Shown here one piece after another: positions 29,953 to 41,248 of a stretch of DNA of 64,000 nucleotides. The notes under the pieces are model-generated. The model did not search any database and was not told the origin of the DNA. It was given only the letters and a program-made list of their open reading frames with translations. The stretch is from Alphaproteobacteria bacterium. Lineage in GTDB: Bacteria > Pseudomonadota > Alphaproteobacteria > Bin95. A program made the position numbers and the translations under genes. Positions within the stretch are counted from its first letter, which is position 1. Each line of letters opens with the position of its first letter. Location: assembly GCA_963665325.3 (NCBI GenBank), contig OZ224045.1, positions 1,120,001-1,184,000 of the forward strand, given 5' to 3'.

Positions 29953-31470
29953 ATGGTTTCGGAAGGCCCGGCTCCGCGCGATGTGGACCTGCTTGTCATC
30001 GGCGGCGGCGTCAACGGCGCCGGCATCGCACGGGATGCGGCGGGACGCGGCCTTGAGGTCCTGCTGTGCGAACGCGACGATCTCGCTGCGCACACCTCAT
30101 CCGCCAGCACCAAGCTGATCCATGGCGGGCTTCGCTATCTGGAGCAGTACGACTTCCGGCTCGTGCGCCATTCGCTGCGCGAACGCGAAGTGCTGCTGCG
30201 CAACGCGCCGCACATAATCTGGCCGCTGCGTTTCGTGCTCCCGCACCATGCCGGGCTGCGCCCCTGGTGGATGATCCGGCTGGGCCTCTTCCTCTATGAC
30301 CGTCTGGGCGGTCGCGCCTCGCTGCCGCCCTGCGCGAGTATCGACCTTCGCCGGCATGAGAGCGGGGGGGCCTTGCAGCGCCGATACCGCCGAGCTTTCG
30401 AGTATTCCGACTGCTGGGTGCAGGACTCGCGCCTGGTGGTGCTGAACGCTCGCGACGCCTGCGCGCGGGGCGCGGAAATCCGGACCCGCACGGAATGCGT
30501 GTCGCTCTCTCCGGGCGCTTCACGATGGGAAGCCGTTCTGGAAGACCGGCTGTCGGGCGAGCGATTCACCGTCCTGGCGCGGAGCGTCGCCAACGCGACC
30601 GGCCCCTGGGTGAGCCGCACCCGTTCGCTCGCCGGCCGCGGCGGCGCGGAGCAGGAGGTGAGGCTCGTCAAGGGCAGCCATATCGTGGTGCGCAGGCTTT
30701 TCGACCACGCCCATCCCTACATCTTCCAGAGCGGAGACGGGCGGGTGCTGTTCGCGATCCCCTTCGAGGAGGATTTCACGCTCCTCGGGACGACCGATGC
30801 GGACTTCGAAGGCGAGCCGGGGCGGGTCGGGATTTCGCCCGGTGAAATCGACTATATCTGCGCGGCTGCCAATCTCTATTTCGAGGCGCCGGTCACTCCG
30901 GACGACGTGGTGTGGAGCTATTCCGGCATCCGTCCGCTGTACGACGACCGTGCGGAAAAGGCGAGCGAGGTCACGCGCGACTATGTGCTGGAGCTCGACC
31001 GCGTGCCGGCGCCGATGCTCTCTGTGTATGGCGGCAAGATCACGACCTACCGCAGGCTTGCCGAGCAAGCGGTGGACCTGCTGTCCCGGCCTCTCGGCGT
31101 CGACAGGCCGGGATGGACCCGCGATGCGCCGCTTCCCGGCGGGGATATTCCCGATGCGGACATCGCTTCATTCGCAACGGAGTGCGCGGCGCGCCATTCA
31201 TGGCTGCCCGAGCAGCTTCTCGGGCATTACATGCGCCACTACGGAACCGAGACGGATGCCCTGCTCGCCGGCTGCGCCAGCGTCGCGGACCTGGGAGAGC
31301 ATTTCGGAGCCGGGCTCTACGCGGCGGAGGTCGATTATCTGGTGCGTTGCGAATGGGCCCTGACCGCCGAGGACATCCTGTGGCGGCGCACGCGGAAGGG
31401 CCTTGGCGTCCCGGCCGAAGGAGCGGAGCGCCTCGGAGCCTATCTTCGAACGGTCTGCGGCGCTTCCTGA
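29953..31470 (+). CDS. glpD: FAD-dependent glycerol-3-phosphate dehydrogenase
   Basis: VIGGGVNGAGIARDAAGRG, TSSASTKLIHGGLRYLE, GGKITTYR. Confidence 0.95.
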   Translation: MVSEGPAPRDVDLLVIGGGVNGAGIARDAAGRGLEVLLCERDDLAAHTSSASTKLIHGGLRYLEQYDFRLVRHSLREREVLLRNAPHIIWPLRFVLPHHAGLRPWWMIRLGLFLYDRLGGRASLPPCASIDLRRHESGGALQRRYRRAFEYSDCWVQDSRLVVLNARDACARGAEIRTRTECVSLSPGASRWEAVLEDRLSGERFTVLARSVANATGPWVSRTRSLAGRGGAEQEVRLVKGSHIVVRRLFDHAHPYIFQSGDGRVLFAIPFEEDFTLLGTTDADFEGEPGRVGISPGEIDYICAAANLYFEAPVTPDDVVWSYSGIRPLYDDRAEKASEVTRDYVLELDRVPAPMLSVYGGKITTYRRLAEQAVDLLSRPLGVDRPGWTRDAPLPGGDIPDADIASFATECAARHSWLPEQLLGHYMRHYGTETDALLAGCASVADLGEHFGAGLYAAEVDYLVRCEWALTAEDILWRRTRKGLGVPAEGAERLGAYLRTVCGAS

Positions 31471-32360
31471 CGCCAGGGCGCCAGCGCCTCGATGGCGCGG
31501 TCGGGATAATCGGTAACGATGCCATCGACGCCAAGCCGGGCCATCGCCTGCATCTCGCGAACCTCGTTCACCGTCCAGACGATGACCTTGAGGCCGAGGT
31601 CCCGGGCTTCGGCCAACGATTCAGCCGTCAGTTCGGAATAGTACGGAGACCATACCGGTCCGCCGAATCGATGCACCATCCTCGGCACCGAGCCGCCATG
31701 CTCGTGGATATTCAGGCCCGCGGTCCAGGGAGAAGGTCCGGGCCGGTCGCGCAATATGTTATCGCGCCAGCTTTGCTCGGCCGTGAGGCAGGCGATGGGA
31801 AGGTCCGGCGCTAGCTTGCGAATCTCGACAAGCGCGCGCCAGTCGAACGCCCGGACGCTCGCCCGAGACATCATCCCCTCCGCCCTGAGCGCCGCCACGA
31901 CCGCCCTCGCGAACGTCGCCGGCGCCGCCGTCTCGCCCGGCGCCAGCGGCGACAGCTTGATTTCGATGCCGAAGCGGACGGCGCCGGCCCCGGGCCGCCG
32001 GCCCAACGCCAGGACTTCCGCCAGAGTTGGGATGCGCGCGCCGTCGCGCGGTTCCTGGTGCGGGAACCTGTTGGCGGTCGGGCCGCCTGTTCTGACTCTG
32101 CCGACATCGAAGCCCGACAACGCCGTCATATCCAGGTCCCGGAGGAGCGGCCCGGACGATGCCAGCCACGCTCCGCTGGCGTCGCGCGTGTGGTCCGGGT
32201 CGAGCGCCGGGTCGTGATGGACAACGGGAACGCCATCCCGGGTCAGCCCGATGTCGAACTCCAGCCCGTCGACTCCAAGAGCGATCGCACGCTCGAATGC
32301 CGGAAGCGTGTTTTCCGGCAACAGCCCGCGCGCGCCGCGATGCCCTTCTATTTCCAGCAT
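31440..32360 (-). CDS. ugpQ: Glycerophosphodiester phosphodiesterase
   Basis: GHRG..G..PENT, LEFD, HD, IEIK, WTVN, GVDGIVTDYP. Confidence 0.9.
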   Translation of the reverse strand: MLEIEGHRGARGLLPENTLPAFERAIALGVDGLEFDIGLTRDGVPVVHHDPALDPDHTRDASGAWLASSGPLLRDLDMTALSGFDVGRVRTGGPTANRFPHQEPRDGARIPTLAEVLALGRRPGAGAVRFGIEIKLSPLAPGETAAPATFARAVVAALRAEGMMSRASVRAFDWRALVEIRKLAPDLPIACLTAEQSWRDNILRDRPGPSPWTAGLNIHEHGGSVPRMVHRFGGPVWSPYYSELTAESLAEARDLGLKVIVWTVNEVREMQAMARLGVDGIVTDYPDRAIEALAPWRQEAPQTVRR

Positions 32361-32368
32361 CCGTGCGC

Positions 32369-33454
32369 TCAGACCAGGCGGCAGCCGCTATCGGGATCGA
32401 AGAAGTGGACATGCTTCGGCGCAACCGCCAGGGAGAGTGTCTCGCCGGCCGCGACTTGCCGGGCGCCGTCCACGCGCACCGTCACCGTCGCGCTCTCTCC
32501 GCCGTCGACCAGCTGTCCGTGGACCAGGCTGTCCGCACCGAGCGCCTCGACGAGTTCGGCGACGACCTCAAGCGCCGCTGCCTCACGGGAAACGGGCTCC
32601 AGATGCTCCGGGCGGATACCGACGACGATCCGGCCCCCTTCCGGGAAGACAGGCGGCGCAACGGGCATCGTCCCGCCCGAACCGTCCAGAATCGCGCCGC
32701 GCCCGTCTTCCGCGACCGTCCCCGGCAGGAAGTTCATCGCGGGCGATCCGATGAAGCCGGCGACGAACAGGGTGGCGGGCGCATCGTAAATCTCGAGCGG
32801 TGTGCCGATTTGCTCCGCCACTCCGGCATTCATCACGATCAGCCGGTCTGCGAGCGTCATCGCCTCCACCTGGTCGTGGGTCACATAGAGGCTGGTGGTT
32901 CCGAGAGCGCGCTGCAGCCGTTTGATTTCCAGCCGCATCTGCACGCGCAGCTTGGCGTCGAGATTCGACAGCGGCTCATCGAAGAGAAAGGCCTCCGGCT
33001 CGCGGACGATGGCCCGGCCCATCGCCACGCGTTGGCGCTGGCCGCCGGACAGCTGGGCGGGCCTCCGGTCGAGCAACCCTTCCAGCTGAAGGGTCCCGGC
33101 GGCTTCGGCCACCCGACGCGCGATCTCGCCCCTGGGGGTGCGCCGGTTGCGCAGGCCGTAGGCCATGTTGTCGAACACGCTCATATGGGGATAGAGCGCG
33201 TAGTTCTGGAACACCATCGCGATGTTCCGGTCTGCAGGCTCCAGGTCGTTGACGCGATTTTCGCCGATCCGCACCTCCCCGTCCGTCACCGTTTCGAGCC
33301 CGGCGACCATGCGCAGCAGGGTGGATTTCCCGCAGCCCGACGGACCGACAATGACAACGAATTCGCCGTCGCTGACCGTCATGTCGATTCCGTGGATCGC
33401 CTTCACCCCATTGGGGTAGGTCTTTCGCACACCGACGAATTCCAGCCCGGCCAT
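32369..33454 (-). CDS. ugpC: Glycerol-3-phosphate ABC transporter ATPase (copy 1)
   Basis: [28 protein letters not shown]. Confidence 0.93.
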   Translation of the reverse strand: MAGLEFVGVRKTYPNGVKAIHGIDMTVSDGEFVVIVGPSGCGKSTLLRMVAGLETVTDGEVRIGENRVNDLEPADRNIAMVFQNYALYPHMSVFDNMAYGLRNRRTPRGEIARRVAEAAGTLQLEGLLDRRPAQLSGGQRQRVAMGRAIVREPEAFLFDEPLSNLDAKLRVQMRLEIKRLQRALGTTSLYVTHDQVEAMTLADRLIVMNAGVAEQIGTPLEIYDAPATLFVAGFIGSPAMNFLPGTVAEDGRGAILDGSGGTMPVAPPVFPEGGRIVVGIRPEHLEPVSREAAALEVVAELVEALGADSLVHGQLVDGGESATVTVRVDGARQVAAGETLSLAVAPKHVHFFDPDSGCRLV

Positions 33455-33493
33455 GCCGTCAACTCCCTCGAACCGCCCGCCCGGCGCCGGCGG

Positions 33494-34342
33494 TCATTTC
33501 TCCTGCTCGATCAGCCCCTTCACGAACAGGCGCTGCATGAAGACCACGACCAGGACCGGCGGCAGCATCGCCAGCATCGCGGTCGCCATGATCTGGTGCC
33601 ATGCCGGCTCGGCATCCTCCGCCTGGAGCATGCGCTGAATGCCCATGACGATCGTGTAGAAGCTCTCGTCCGTGGTGACCAGAAGCGGCCACAGATACTG
33701 GTTCCAGCCGAAGATGAAGAGAATGACGAAGAGCGCCGCGATATTGGTCCGGGAGAGGGGCAGCAGGATGTCGCGGAAGAACTTGAGCGGCCCCGCCCCG
33801 TCTATGCGCGCCGCCTCGGCGAGTTCCTCGGGCACGGTCAGGAAGAACTGCCGGAACAGGAATGTCGCCGTCGCGCTCGCGATCAGCGGCACAGACAGGC
33901 CCCAGTAGCTGTTCAGCATATCCAGGCTGGCCACCACAGCGAAGGTCGGCAGGATGCGGACCTCGACCGGCAGCATGAGGGTGATGAAGATGACCCAGAA
34001 GCACGTCTTGCGCAGCGGAAAGCGGAAATAGACGATGGCGAAGGCGGCGATGATCGAGATCGCGATCTTGCCCACGGCGATCATCAGCGCCATGACGAGC
34101 GAATTCCAGAGCATCGTGCCGACCGGGATGCTGCCTGCGGCTTTCACGCCGGAACCGAGCACGGTCGCGTAGTTCTCGAGCATGTTGCCGCCCGGCAACA
34201 GCGGCGTCCGCCCCGACAGCATGGAGTCGGCCGGATGCGTCGAGGCGACGAAGGCAATCCAGATCGGGAGCGCGGTGACCAGCACGCCGAGACAGAGCAC
34301 GACATGCGAGAAAACCGTGAGCCAGGGGCGGTTTTCGACCAT
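33494..34342 (-). CDS. ugpE: ABC permease UgpE (copy 1)
   Basis: [31 protein letters not shown]. Confidence 0.93.
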   Translation of the reverse strand: MVENRPWLTVFSHVVLCLGVLVTALPIWIAFVASTHPADSMLSGRTPLLPGGNMLENYATVLGSGVKAAGSIPVGTMLWNSLVMALMIAVGKIAISIIAAFAIVYFRFPLRKTCFWVIFITLMLPVEVRILPTFAVVASLDMLNSYWGLSVPLIASATATFLFRQFFLTVPEELAEAARIDGAGPLKFFRDILLPLSRTNIAALFVILFIFGWNQYLWPLLVTTDESFYTIVMGIQRMLQAEDAEPAWHQIMATAMLAMLPPVLVVVFMQRLFVKGLIEQEK

Positions 34343-34355
34343 GATCCTCCGCCCC

Positions 34356-35237
34356 TCAGTAGGCCACTTTCCGCTCGATATAGCGGAACTGGAACACGGT
34401 GAGCGTTATGACGACCGCCATGAGCACGACCGACTGCGCCGCCGAGCCGCCGAGGTCGAGTCCGATGAAGCCGTCGCTGAACACCTTGTAGACGAGGATG
34501 GTGGTGGACTGCGCCGGGCCGCCGCTCGTGGTCGCGTGCACGATGCCGAACGTGTCGAAGAACGCATAGACGATGTTGACCACCAGCAGGAAGAAGGCGG
34601 TCGGCGAGAGCAGGGGAAAGACAATCGTCCAGAACCGCTTGAAGGGGCGGGCGCCGTCGATGGCAGCCGCCTCGACGAGGGATCGCGGGATCGCCTGCAG
34701 CCCTGCAAGGAAGAACAGGAAATTATAGCTGACCTGCTTCCAGGACGCCGCCAGGATGACCAGCATCATGGCGTCGGTACCATCCAGATAGTGGTTCCAG
34801 TCGTAACCGATCCCCTTGAGCAGGTAGGCGAGAATCCCGATGGACGGATTGAACATGAAGAACCAGAGCACGCCCGCCACCGCAGGGGCGACAGCATAGG
34901 GCCACACGAGCAGGGTTCGGTAGGCTGTGGCACCCTTCAGCACCCGGTCCGCCATTACCGCAAGAAAGAGCGCGACGCCGAGCGACAGACCCGCCGTTGC
35001 CGCCGAGAAGACGACCGTGCGGGCGAAGCTGTTCAGATAGTAGGGGTCGGAGAAAAGGGCGATGAAATTGTCGAGCCAGACGAACTGGCTCTTGAGGCCG
35101 AAGGCGTCTTCGAGCAGGAGCGACTGGTAAAGCGCCTGACTCGCCGGCCAGATGAAGAAAACCAGCGTGATGACGATCTGCGGGGCCACCAGAAGTATCG
35201 GCAGGCCCAGCTTGGAGAATACGACCCGTTTTTCCAT
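34356..35237 (-). CDS. ugpA: ABC permease UgpA (copy 1)
   Basis: [32 protein letters not shown]. Confidence 0.93.
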   Translation of the reverse strand: MEKRVVFSKLGLPILLVAPQIVITLVFFIWPASQALYQSLLLEDAFGLKSQFVWLDNFIALFSDPYYLNSFARTVVFSAATAGLSLGVALFLAVMADRVLKGATAYRTLLVWPYAVAPAVAGVLWFFMFNPSIGILAYLLKGIGYDWNHYLDGTDAMMLVILAASWKQVSYNFLFFLAGLQAIPRSLVEAAAIDGARPFKRFWTIVFPLLSPTAFFLLVVNIVYAFFDTFGIVHATTSGGPAQSTTILVYKVFSDGFIGLDLGGSAAQSVVLMAVVITLTVFQFRYIERKVAY

Positions 35238-35320
35238 GGCGCGGCGGTGCAGGACGGCACGCCCGGTGGCTTCGCCCCCCTATTTTCAGGCGAAGCCGCC
35301 GGGCGAACGCGAAGTGCCGG

Positions 35321-36637
35321 TTAGCCTCCGGTCGCCGCCTCGAATTTGCGCAAGAGCGCATTGCCGCGCGAAACGGCGTCGTCCAGCCCTTCCTGCGCCG
35401 ACTTCGAGCCACCCCAGATCGATTCCAGCTCCTCATTGATGATGTCGCGGATCTGGACGAAGCTGCCGAACCGCAGGCCCTTGGAATTCTCGGTCGGGGC
35501 CTTGCCCGTCATCTGCTGGATCGCAACGTCCGTGCCGGGGTTCTTGTCGTAGAAACCCTGCGAGGCGGTCAGCTCATAAGCGGCCGTTGTGATCGGCAGA
35601 TAGCCGGTGAACTGGTGCCAGTCCGCCTGCACTTCCGCCGATGACAGATAGGAGAAGAAGCTGGCCACGGCCTTGTAGTCCTCCGCATCGTGCCCTTGCA
35701 GCACCCAGAGGGTCGCGCCGCCGATAATGGTGTTCTGCGTGGCGGCCCCGACATCCGGCCAGTGGGGCAGTGCGGAGACGCCGAACTCGAAGTCCTTGGC
35801 GTTGGCTCTCACGCCGGCATAGGACGCGGATGAGTTCATGTACATCACGCATTCCTGCCCGTAGAATTTCGGCGCGCTCTCCGAACGCCGGCCGCCATAG
35901 TCGAAAATCTTCGACTTCTGCCACTCGGCGAGCTGCCCGATATGCTTGGCATGCGCCGGGCTGTTGAACACGAACTCGGTATCGGTGCCGGCAAAGCCGT
36001 TGGCCTTCGTGCCGATCGGCAGGTTGTGCCAGGCCGAGAAATTCTCGATCTGCACCCAGGATTGCCAGCCCGTCGTGAAACCGCAGGGATAACCGGCGGC
36101 CTGCGCCTTCATGGCGGCGGCCTCGACCTCCGGCCAGGTTTTCGGGGGCGCGGCAATCCCGGCTTTCTCGAACGCGGTCTTGTTGTAGTAGAGCACCGGC
36201 GTCGAGCTGTTGAAGGGCATGGAAAGCATGTTGCCGTCGGTGTCGGTGTAGTATCCCGCAACCGAAGCCAGATAGTCCTTCGGATCGAAGGCCTCGCCCG
36301 CATCCGCCATCATGCTGTAAACCGGATAGATCGCGCCCTTCGCCGCCATCATGCTGGCCGTGCCGACTTCGAAGACCTGTACGATATGCGGCTGCTCCTT
36401 GGCGCGGAACGCTGCAATCGCGGCTGTCATGGTCTCGGTGTAGTTGCCCTTGTAAACGGGGTTCACCTTATAGTCGGACTGGGATGCGTTGAATCCCTCG
36501 GCGATTTCGACGACCTTCTCGCCGAGCTTGCCGCCCATGGCGTGCCACCATTGGACTTCGGTCGCGGCCAAAGCCGAGCCGGCATAGGCGACGGCCATCG
36601 TTGCGCCGACCGCGGTCAGCAGGAACTTGGGTTTCAT
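35321..36637 (-). CDS. ugpB: Glycerol-3-phosphate-binding protein UgpB (copy 1)
   Basis: GGAGG RBS; WWHAM, QVFEVGT, PFNSSTP, GWQSW, GGATLW, TGYLP. Confidence 0.93.
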   Translation of the reverse strand: MKPKFLLTAVGATMAVAYAGSALAATEVQWWHAMGGKLGEKVVEIAEGFNASQSDYKVNPVYKGNYTETMTAAIAAFRAKEQPHIVQVFEVGTASMMAAKGAIYPVYSMMADAGEAFDPKDYLASVAGYYTDTDGNMLSMPFNSSTPVLYYNKTAFEKAGIAAPPKTWPEVEAAAMKAQAAGYPCGFTTGWQSWVQIENFSAWHNLPIGTKANGFAGTDTEFVFNSPAHAKHIGQLAEWQKSKIFDYGGRRSESAPKFYGQECVMYMNSSASYAGVRANAKDFEFGVSALPHWPDVGAATQNTIIGGATLWVLQGHDAEDYKAVASFFSYLSSAEVQADWHQFTGYLPITTAAYELTASQGFYDKNPGTDVAIQQMTGKAPTENSKGLRFGSFVQIRDIINEELESIWGGSKSAQEGLDDAVSRGNALLRKFEAATGG

Positions 36638-37039
36638 CGGGACCTCCAAAGAAATCGTTCGCCGCGGCGGGGCCGGGGCTACGGACTGAGCACTCTACCG
36701 GACTCGAGTTTCCGGCGGTAGGCTTTGTCCTCCGCCCGAGGTGTTCCCGAAGAAACGGACAATCTGAGCATCGGTCCGGCATTCCGGTCCGAGATCGCGG
36801 TGTTCCTTCTCATCACCGAGATCGACAGCACACTACCGGGACGTCGGGCTATCGGAGATTCTTCCTTCGTGACGAAGTTGAACTCCGGGGCATCGCCGCA
36901 ACTGTCCGCCCTCGAGCGGACCCGCGCGTGGACGCGCAAGACTGTCAGCTATGGAGAACGCGCCGCGATCACGCGGTCCAACCAGCCTCACCAAAAGACT
37001 TCCGGAGCCTCGTTGTCCGTCCGTTAACTCCAGCCGTCC

Positions 37040-37930
37040 TCAGAAGCCATAGCGCAGCGACAGCCGCACGCCATGGCCCCGAAGCCTCGCCTCCGTCGGC
37101 GCGAGGTCGAGCGGCCTCGGATCCCTGCTTCCGTCGTGCCAGACCACTTTGCCGGGGCCCCGGTCCGTACGGACCTTCCCGAGATCCGTGTAGCGCCAGG
37201 CCAGATCGAGTGTCGCCCGCTCTCCCACCGCCATGGCGACCCCGGCCGTGACCATCCAGGCCAGCCCCGCGCGGCTCCCGCCCGGCACGGTCGTCGTCGT
37301 CGTGGGAAACGTCATGGTCGTCTTCCCGATCCGGGTATGGACGACGCCAACGCCGGCACCGACGAACGGCGCGAACAGGCCCCGCCTCGGTAGGCCCGTG
37401 CCGTCGAGGTCCACGAAGCCGGCCAGCATCCCGGTAACGGACGACAACTTCGCCGCAACATCCTCGCGGCTCCCCGGCGCCAGGAAGTTCGCCCGGCCCT
37501 CGAACGAATAGTCCGGACGATACTCGACCAGCACCTCGTAGCGCACCGGACCGTCCGCGTAGCCAAGCCCGAGTTCGATCGCAGGAACGGTCCCGAAATC
37601 GCCGACCGACCGGTAGGGCGCGCCGTCACCGCCGGTTCCGCACCCATAGAGCGCGGCCGGCGCGGTGCTGGAGCAATCGGTGTCGGAGAACGTCGTCCTG
37701 TCGGACCGATCCAGCCCGATGCCGCCACGGAGATAGAAGTCACCGGCCAGGGCCTCCATGGGGGCAAGCCATATACCCGCTGCAAACGCGATTGCCGTCA
37801 GGCGGATCGTCCGCGCGCGCCCGCTCGGCGAAGCGATGCGCGCCGACGTCCTCGTACCGTCGGGTCGGGGACAGGGCGCCGCCGGGCAATCCGTAGCTCG
37901 CGACGTGATCGACTTGGGCCCAACTCCCAT
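37040..37930 (-). CDS. Outer-membrane beta-barrel protein (opacity/porin-like); start uncertain
   Basis: Signal ..ALA|GDFYLRGGIG, PFVGAGVG, LDLAWRYTDLG, C-terminal LSLRYGF. Confidence 0.85.
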   Translation of the reverse strand: MGVGPKSITSRATDCPAAPCPRPDGTRTSARIASPSGRARTIRLTAIAFAAGIWLAPMEALAGDFYLRGGIGLDRSDRTTFSDTDCSSTAPAALYGCGTGGDGAPYRSVGDFGTVPAIELGLGYADGPVRYEVLVEYRPDYSFEGRANFLAPGSREDVAAKLSSVTGMLAGFVDLDGTGLPRRGLFAPFVGAGVGVVHTRIGKTTMTFPTTTTTVPGGSRAGLAWMVTAGVAMAVGERATLDLAWRYTDLGKVRTDRGPGKVVWHDGSRDPRPLDLAPTEARLRGHGVRLSLRYGF

Positions 37931-38171
37931 CACATGGCGATTTGGGCCGCCCGTTCTGTGAACGACTTCCACCATATCCCCGCAAAAGCCAGACATATCA
38001 ATATGTTGCAACGCCGATCAGCGTCCTGTATGACAGCCGAATAACAGCCTCGCAACGGTCGGCGCCTTGCTGCATGATCTGGCGGCCGATAGTGACGCGA
38101 AGTATGTCGCGGCGAAGCATTTTCAGGCATCGCAGTCAATCCGTGGCCGTGACGCAACTTATTGGAAACAA
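37919..38171. repeat. 253-bp direct repeat, copy 2 (leader region of the OMP gene)
   Basis: Matches 20884-21136 without gaps. Confidence 0.95.
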
Positions 38172-38241
38172 AGTGCTTTTAGGGATAACGGAGAAGCCGA
38201 ATAGCAGGAACCAAGGTTCCCACAGGATTTCCGATCCCCTC

Positions 38242-38331
38242 TGGCGGTGGGGGTGGGATTCGAACCCACGGTACGCTTGCGCGTACAACGGTTTTCGAGA
38301 CCGCCCCGTTCAACCGCTCCGGCACCCCACC
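38242..38331 (-). tRNA. tRNA-Ser (CGA)
   Basis: GGTGGGGTGCCGGAGCGG...GCGGT-CT CGA AA-ACCGT, long variable arm, GGTTCGAATCC, CCA end; 90 nt. Confidence 0.97.
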
Positions 38332-38426
38332 GCTGACGGGTCGTCGCGCGGGTTCTTATCAGGCAGGCCCGTATTCCGCCAACCTCTTTCTGTGCAGGCG
38401 GGCGGTGGGGGGAGTTGCGAGCGCTG

Positions 38427-38454
38427 TTGACAGTCTGCCCGGCGGCTGTATGTT
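38427..38454 (+). promoter_or_regulatory. Putative sigma70 promoter for rplU
   Basis: TTGACA-N16-TATGTT upstream of rplU. Confidence 0.5.
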
Positions 38455-38505
38455 GACCCGCCTTGCGCAGCGGGCGCGGTCGGTTTTCGGGCAGGTTCAG
38501 GGGTT

Positions 38506-38850
38506 ATGTTCGCGGTCATTCGCACGGGCGGCAAGCAGTATCGCGTTGCCGAGGGAGAAACCATCCGCGTCGAGCGGCTGGCGGGAGAGGCCGGTGACGG
38601 GCTCGTGTTCGAGGATGTGCTGATGCTCGGCGGCGAGGGAGCCGCGAGGGTTGGCACGCCGCTGGTCGCGGGCGCGCGCGTCTCCGCCACGCTGGTCGAG
38701 CAGGCGCGGGGCGCCAAGGTCATTGTGTTCAAGAAGCGCCGGCGCCAGAATTCGCGGCGCAAGAACGGCCACCGCCAACACTATTCCCTGGTCCGTATCG
38801 ACAGCATTGCGGACGACTCCCAACCTTCCGGAGGCAGCGATGGCGCATAA
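38506..38850 (+). CDS. rplU: 50S ribosomal protein L21
   Basis: [14 protein letters not shown]...KNGHRQ. Confidence 0.97.
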   Translation: MFAVIRTGGKQYRVAEGETIRVERLAGEAGDGLVFEDVLMLGGEGAARVGTPLVAGARVSATLVEQARGAKVIVFKKRRRQNSRRKNGHRQHYSLVRIDSIADDSQPSGGSDGA

Positions 38851-39097
38851 GAAGGCAGGCGGCAGCTCCCGCAACGGCCGCGACAGTCCGGGCCAGCGCC
38901 TCGGCGTCAAGAAGTATGGCGGCGAACTCGTCATCCCCGGCAACATTATCGTGCGCCAGCGGGGCACCCGATTCCATCCGGGCGACAATGTAGGCCTCGG
39001 GCGCGACCATACGCTGTTCGCGAAGGCAGAGGGGCGGGTGCAATTCCGCCGCCGCGCCGGCGGACGCCAATACGTCTCGGTGCTGCCCGAGGCGTGA
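38840..39097 (+). CDS. rpmA: 50S ribosomal protein L27
   Basis: [26 protein letters not shown]. Confidence 0.97.
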   Translation: MAHKKAGGSSRNGRDSPGQRLGVKKYGGELVIPGNIIVRQRGTRFHPGDNVGLGRDHTLFAKAEGRVQFRRRAGGRQYVSVLPEA

Positions 39098-39119
39098 AGC
39101 TGCCGGGACAGCGGCGCCG

Positions 39120-40151
39120 ATGCGCTTTCTGGACGAAGCGAAGGTTTATCTGAAGAGCGGCGACGGCGGACCCGGCGCGATCGGCTTCAGGCGCGAGAAA
39201 TACGTTCCTTTCGGCGGACCGGATGGCGGTGACGGCGGGCGCGGCGGCGATGTGTTCGCCGAGTGTGTCGCAGACCTCAACACGCTGATCGATTTCCGCT
39301 ACCGCCAGCATTTCAAGGCGGCCCGCGGCGGTCACGGCGCGGGCGCCAGGCGCACCGGCCGCGACGGCGCGGGCGCGGTGCTCTCCGTGCCGCCCGGCAC
39401 CCAGATACTCGACGAGGACCGCCGCCTGCTGCTCGCCGACCTCACGCTGCCGGGCGAACGTGTGCTGCTCTGCCGGGGCGGCGCGGGCGGGCGCGGCAAT
39501 GCCCGCTTCAAGTCCTCGACCAACCGGGCGCCGCGCCGCGCCGAGCCGGGTTGGCCGGGCGAGGAGCGCTGGATCTGGCTGCGCCTCAAGCTGATCGCCG
39601 AGATCGGCCTGCTCGGCCTGCCCAATGCCGGCAAATCGACCTTGCTCGCCGCCGTCTCGCGCGCCCGGCCCAGGATCGCCGACTACCCCTTCACGACGCT
39701 CGTGCCGCAGCTCGGCGTGGTGGGCATCGACGATGACAGCTTCACGATGGCGGATATTCCCGGGCTGATCGAGGGCGCGCACCGGGGCGCGGGCCTGGGT
39801 CACCGCTTCCTCGGTCATGTCGAGCGGTGCAGCGGTCTGCTGCATCTGGTGGACGCGACGGGGGACGATCCGGTTGCGGCGTGGCAGACGGTTCGCGGAG
39901 AGCTGGAGGCTTATGGCGACGGCCTTGCCGGGAAACCCGAATTCCTGGCGCTCAACAAGTGCGACGCGGTGGACGGCACCACTGCGGCCGGGCTGACGGC
40001 GGCGCTGGAGCGGCATTCGGGGCGGGAGGTTCTTCGGGTTTCGGGCGCGGCCGGAACTGGCCTCAAGGCCCTCCTGCGCCGTTTGTCGGCAGCAGCGAAG
40101 GCGGGCAGAGTGGCCGCCGATGCACGCAAGGAAACCGCATGGACGCCCTGA
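39120..40151 (+). CDS. obgE: GTPase ObgE/CgtA
   Basis: Gly-rich Obg domain, [22 protein letters not shown]. Confidence 0.97.
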   Translation: MRFLDEAKVYLKSGDGGPGAIGFRREKYVPFGGPDGGDGGRGGDVFAECVADLNTLIDFRYRQHFKAARGGHGAGARRTGRDGAGAVLSVPPGTQILDEDRRLLLADLTLPGERVLLCRGGAGGRGNARFKSSTNRAPRRAEPGWPGEERWIWLRLKLIAEIGLLGLPNAGKSTLLAAVSRARPRIADYPFTTLVPQLGVVGIDDDSFTMADIPGLIEGAHRGAGLGHRFLGHVERCSGLLHLVDATGDDPVAAWQTVRGELEAYGDGLAGKPEFLALNKCDAVDGTTAAGLTAALERHSGREVLRVSGAAGTGLKALLRRLSAAAKAGRVAADARKETAWTP

Positions 40152-41248
40152 AGAATGCCCGGCGTATCGTCGTCAAGATCGGCTCGTCGCTGCTGGTGGA
40201 CGACCGGCGGCGTCTGCGCCGGGCGTGGCTCGACGGGCTCGCCGACGACATTGCGGCGCTCCGCCGGGACGGGCGGGAGGTGCTGGCGGTGTCCTCCGGC
40301 GCCATCGCGCTGGGCCGCGGCGCGCTCGGGCTGAAACGGGGGCAACTCCGGCTGGAGGAAAGCCAGGCCGCCGCCGCCATGGGCCAGATCGTTCTCGCCC
40401 AGGCTTGGCGCCAGGCGCTCGGCCGGCGCGAGGTGCCGGCGGCGCAATTGCTGTTGACGCCGTCTGATACCGAAGACCGTCGCAGCTACCTGAATGCCCG
40501 CAACACCGTCGCGACCTTGCTGCGACACGGCGCGGTGCCGGTCATCAACGAGAACGACACGGTCACGACCGAGGAAATCCGCTTCGGCGACAATGACCGC
40601 CTGGCCGCCCGCGTGGCCCAGATGGCGGGCGCGGACCTCCTGGTGCTGCTGTCCGATGTCGACGGACTTTATACGGCCGACCCGGCGCGCGACCCGAATG
40701 CAGACCATATCGCGCATGTCGATGCGGTGACGGACGAAATCGAGGCGATGGCGGGGCTCACCCGGTCCGATTACGGCAAGGGCGGCATGACGACGAAGCT
40801 CGCCGCCGCGCGCATCGCGCTCGGCGCCGGAACGGCGATGGCGATCTGCGACGGCCGCGCCGACCGTCCGCTCAGCCGTCTGGCAAATGGTGCGCGCGCC
40901 ACATGGTTCCGCCCGCAGGCGACGCCGCGCAGGGCCTACAAGGAGTGGATCCGGGCGACCCTCGGGACGGCCGGGAGCCTGACCGTGGACGACGGCGCGG
41001 CTGCCGCCCTCAGGCGCGGCACCAGCCTGCTGCCCGCCGGTGTCACCGGCATCAGGGGGGCCTTCAAGCGCGGCGACGCGGTTGCGGTCGAGGACGGACA
41101 GGGGCGCGAGCTGGCGCGCGGCCTGGTCGCCTACGATGCCGACGAGGCGCGGCGCATTCTCGGCCTCAGAAGCGCGGACATCGAGGCGGCCCTGGGCTAT
41201 CGTGGCCGCACCGAGATGATCCATCGCGACGACCTGGTGGTGACATGA
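40139..41248 (+). CDS. proB: Glutamate 5-kinase
   Basis: VVKIGSS, VSSGA, INEND, FGDNDRL, GGMTTK, PUA domain. Confidence 0.96.
   Translation: MDALKNARRIVVKIGSSLLVDDRRRLRRAWLDGLADDIAALRRDGREVLAVSSGAIALGRGALGLKRGQLRLEESQAAAAMGQIVLAQAWRQALGRREVPAAQLLLTPSDTEDRRSYLNARNTVATLLRHGAVPVINENDTVTTEEIRFGDNDRLAARVAQMAGADLLVLLSDVDGLYTADPARDPNADHIAHVDAVTDEIEAMAGLTRSDYGKGGMTTKLAAARIALGAGTAMAICDGRADRPLSRLANGARATWFRPQATPRRAYKEWIRATLGTAGSLTVDDGAAAALRRGTSLLPAGVTGIRGAFKRGDAVAVEDGQGRELARGLVAYDADEARRILGLRSADIEAALGYRGRTEMIHRDDLVVT

Noticed and set aside
36725-37027. 100-aa ORF between ugpB and the OMP gene
   Set aside because: No motif or RBS; overlaps the likely ugp promoter region
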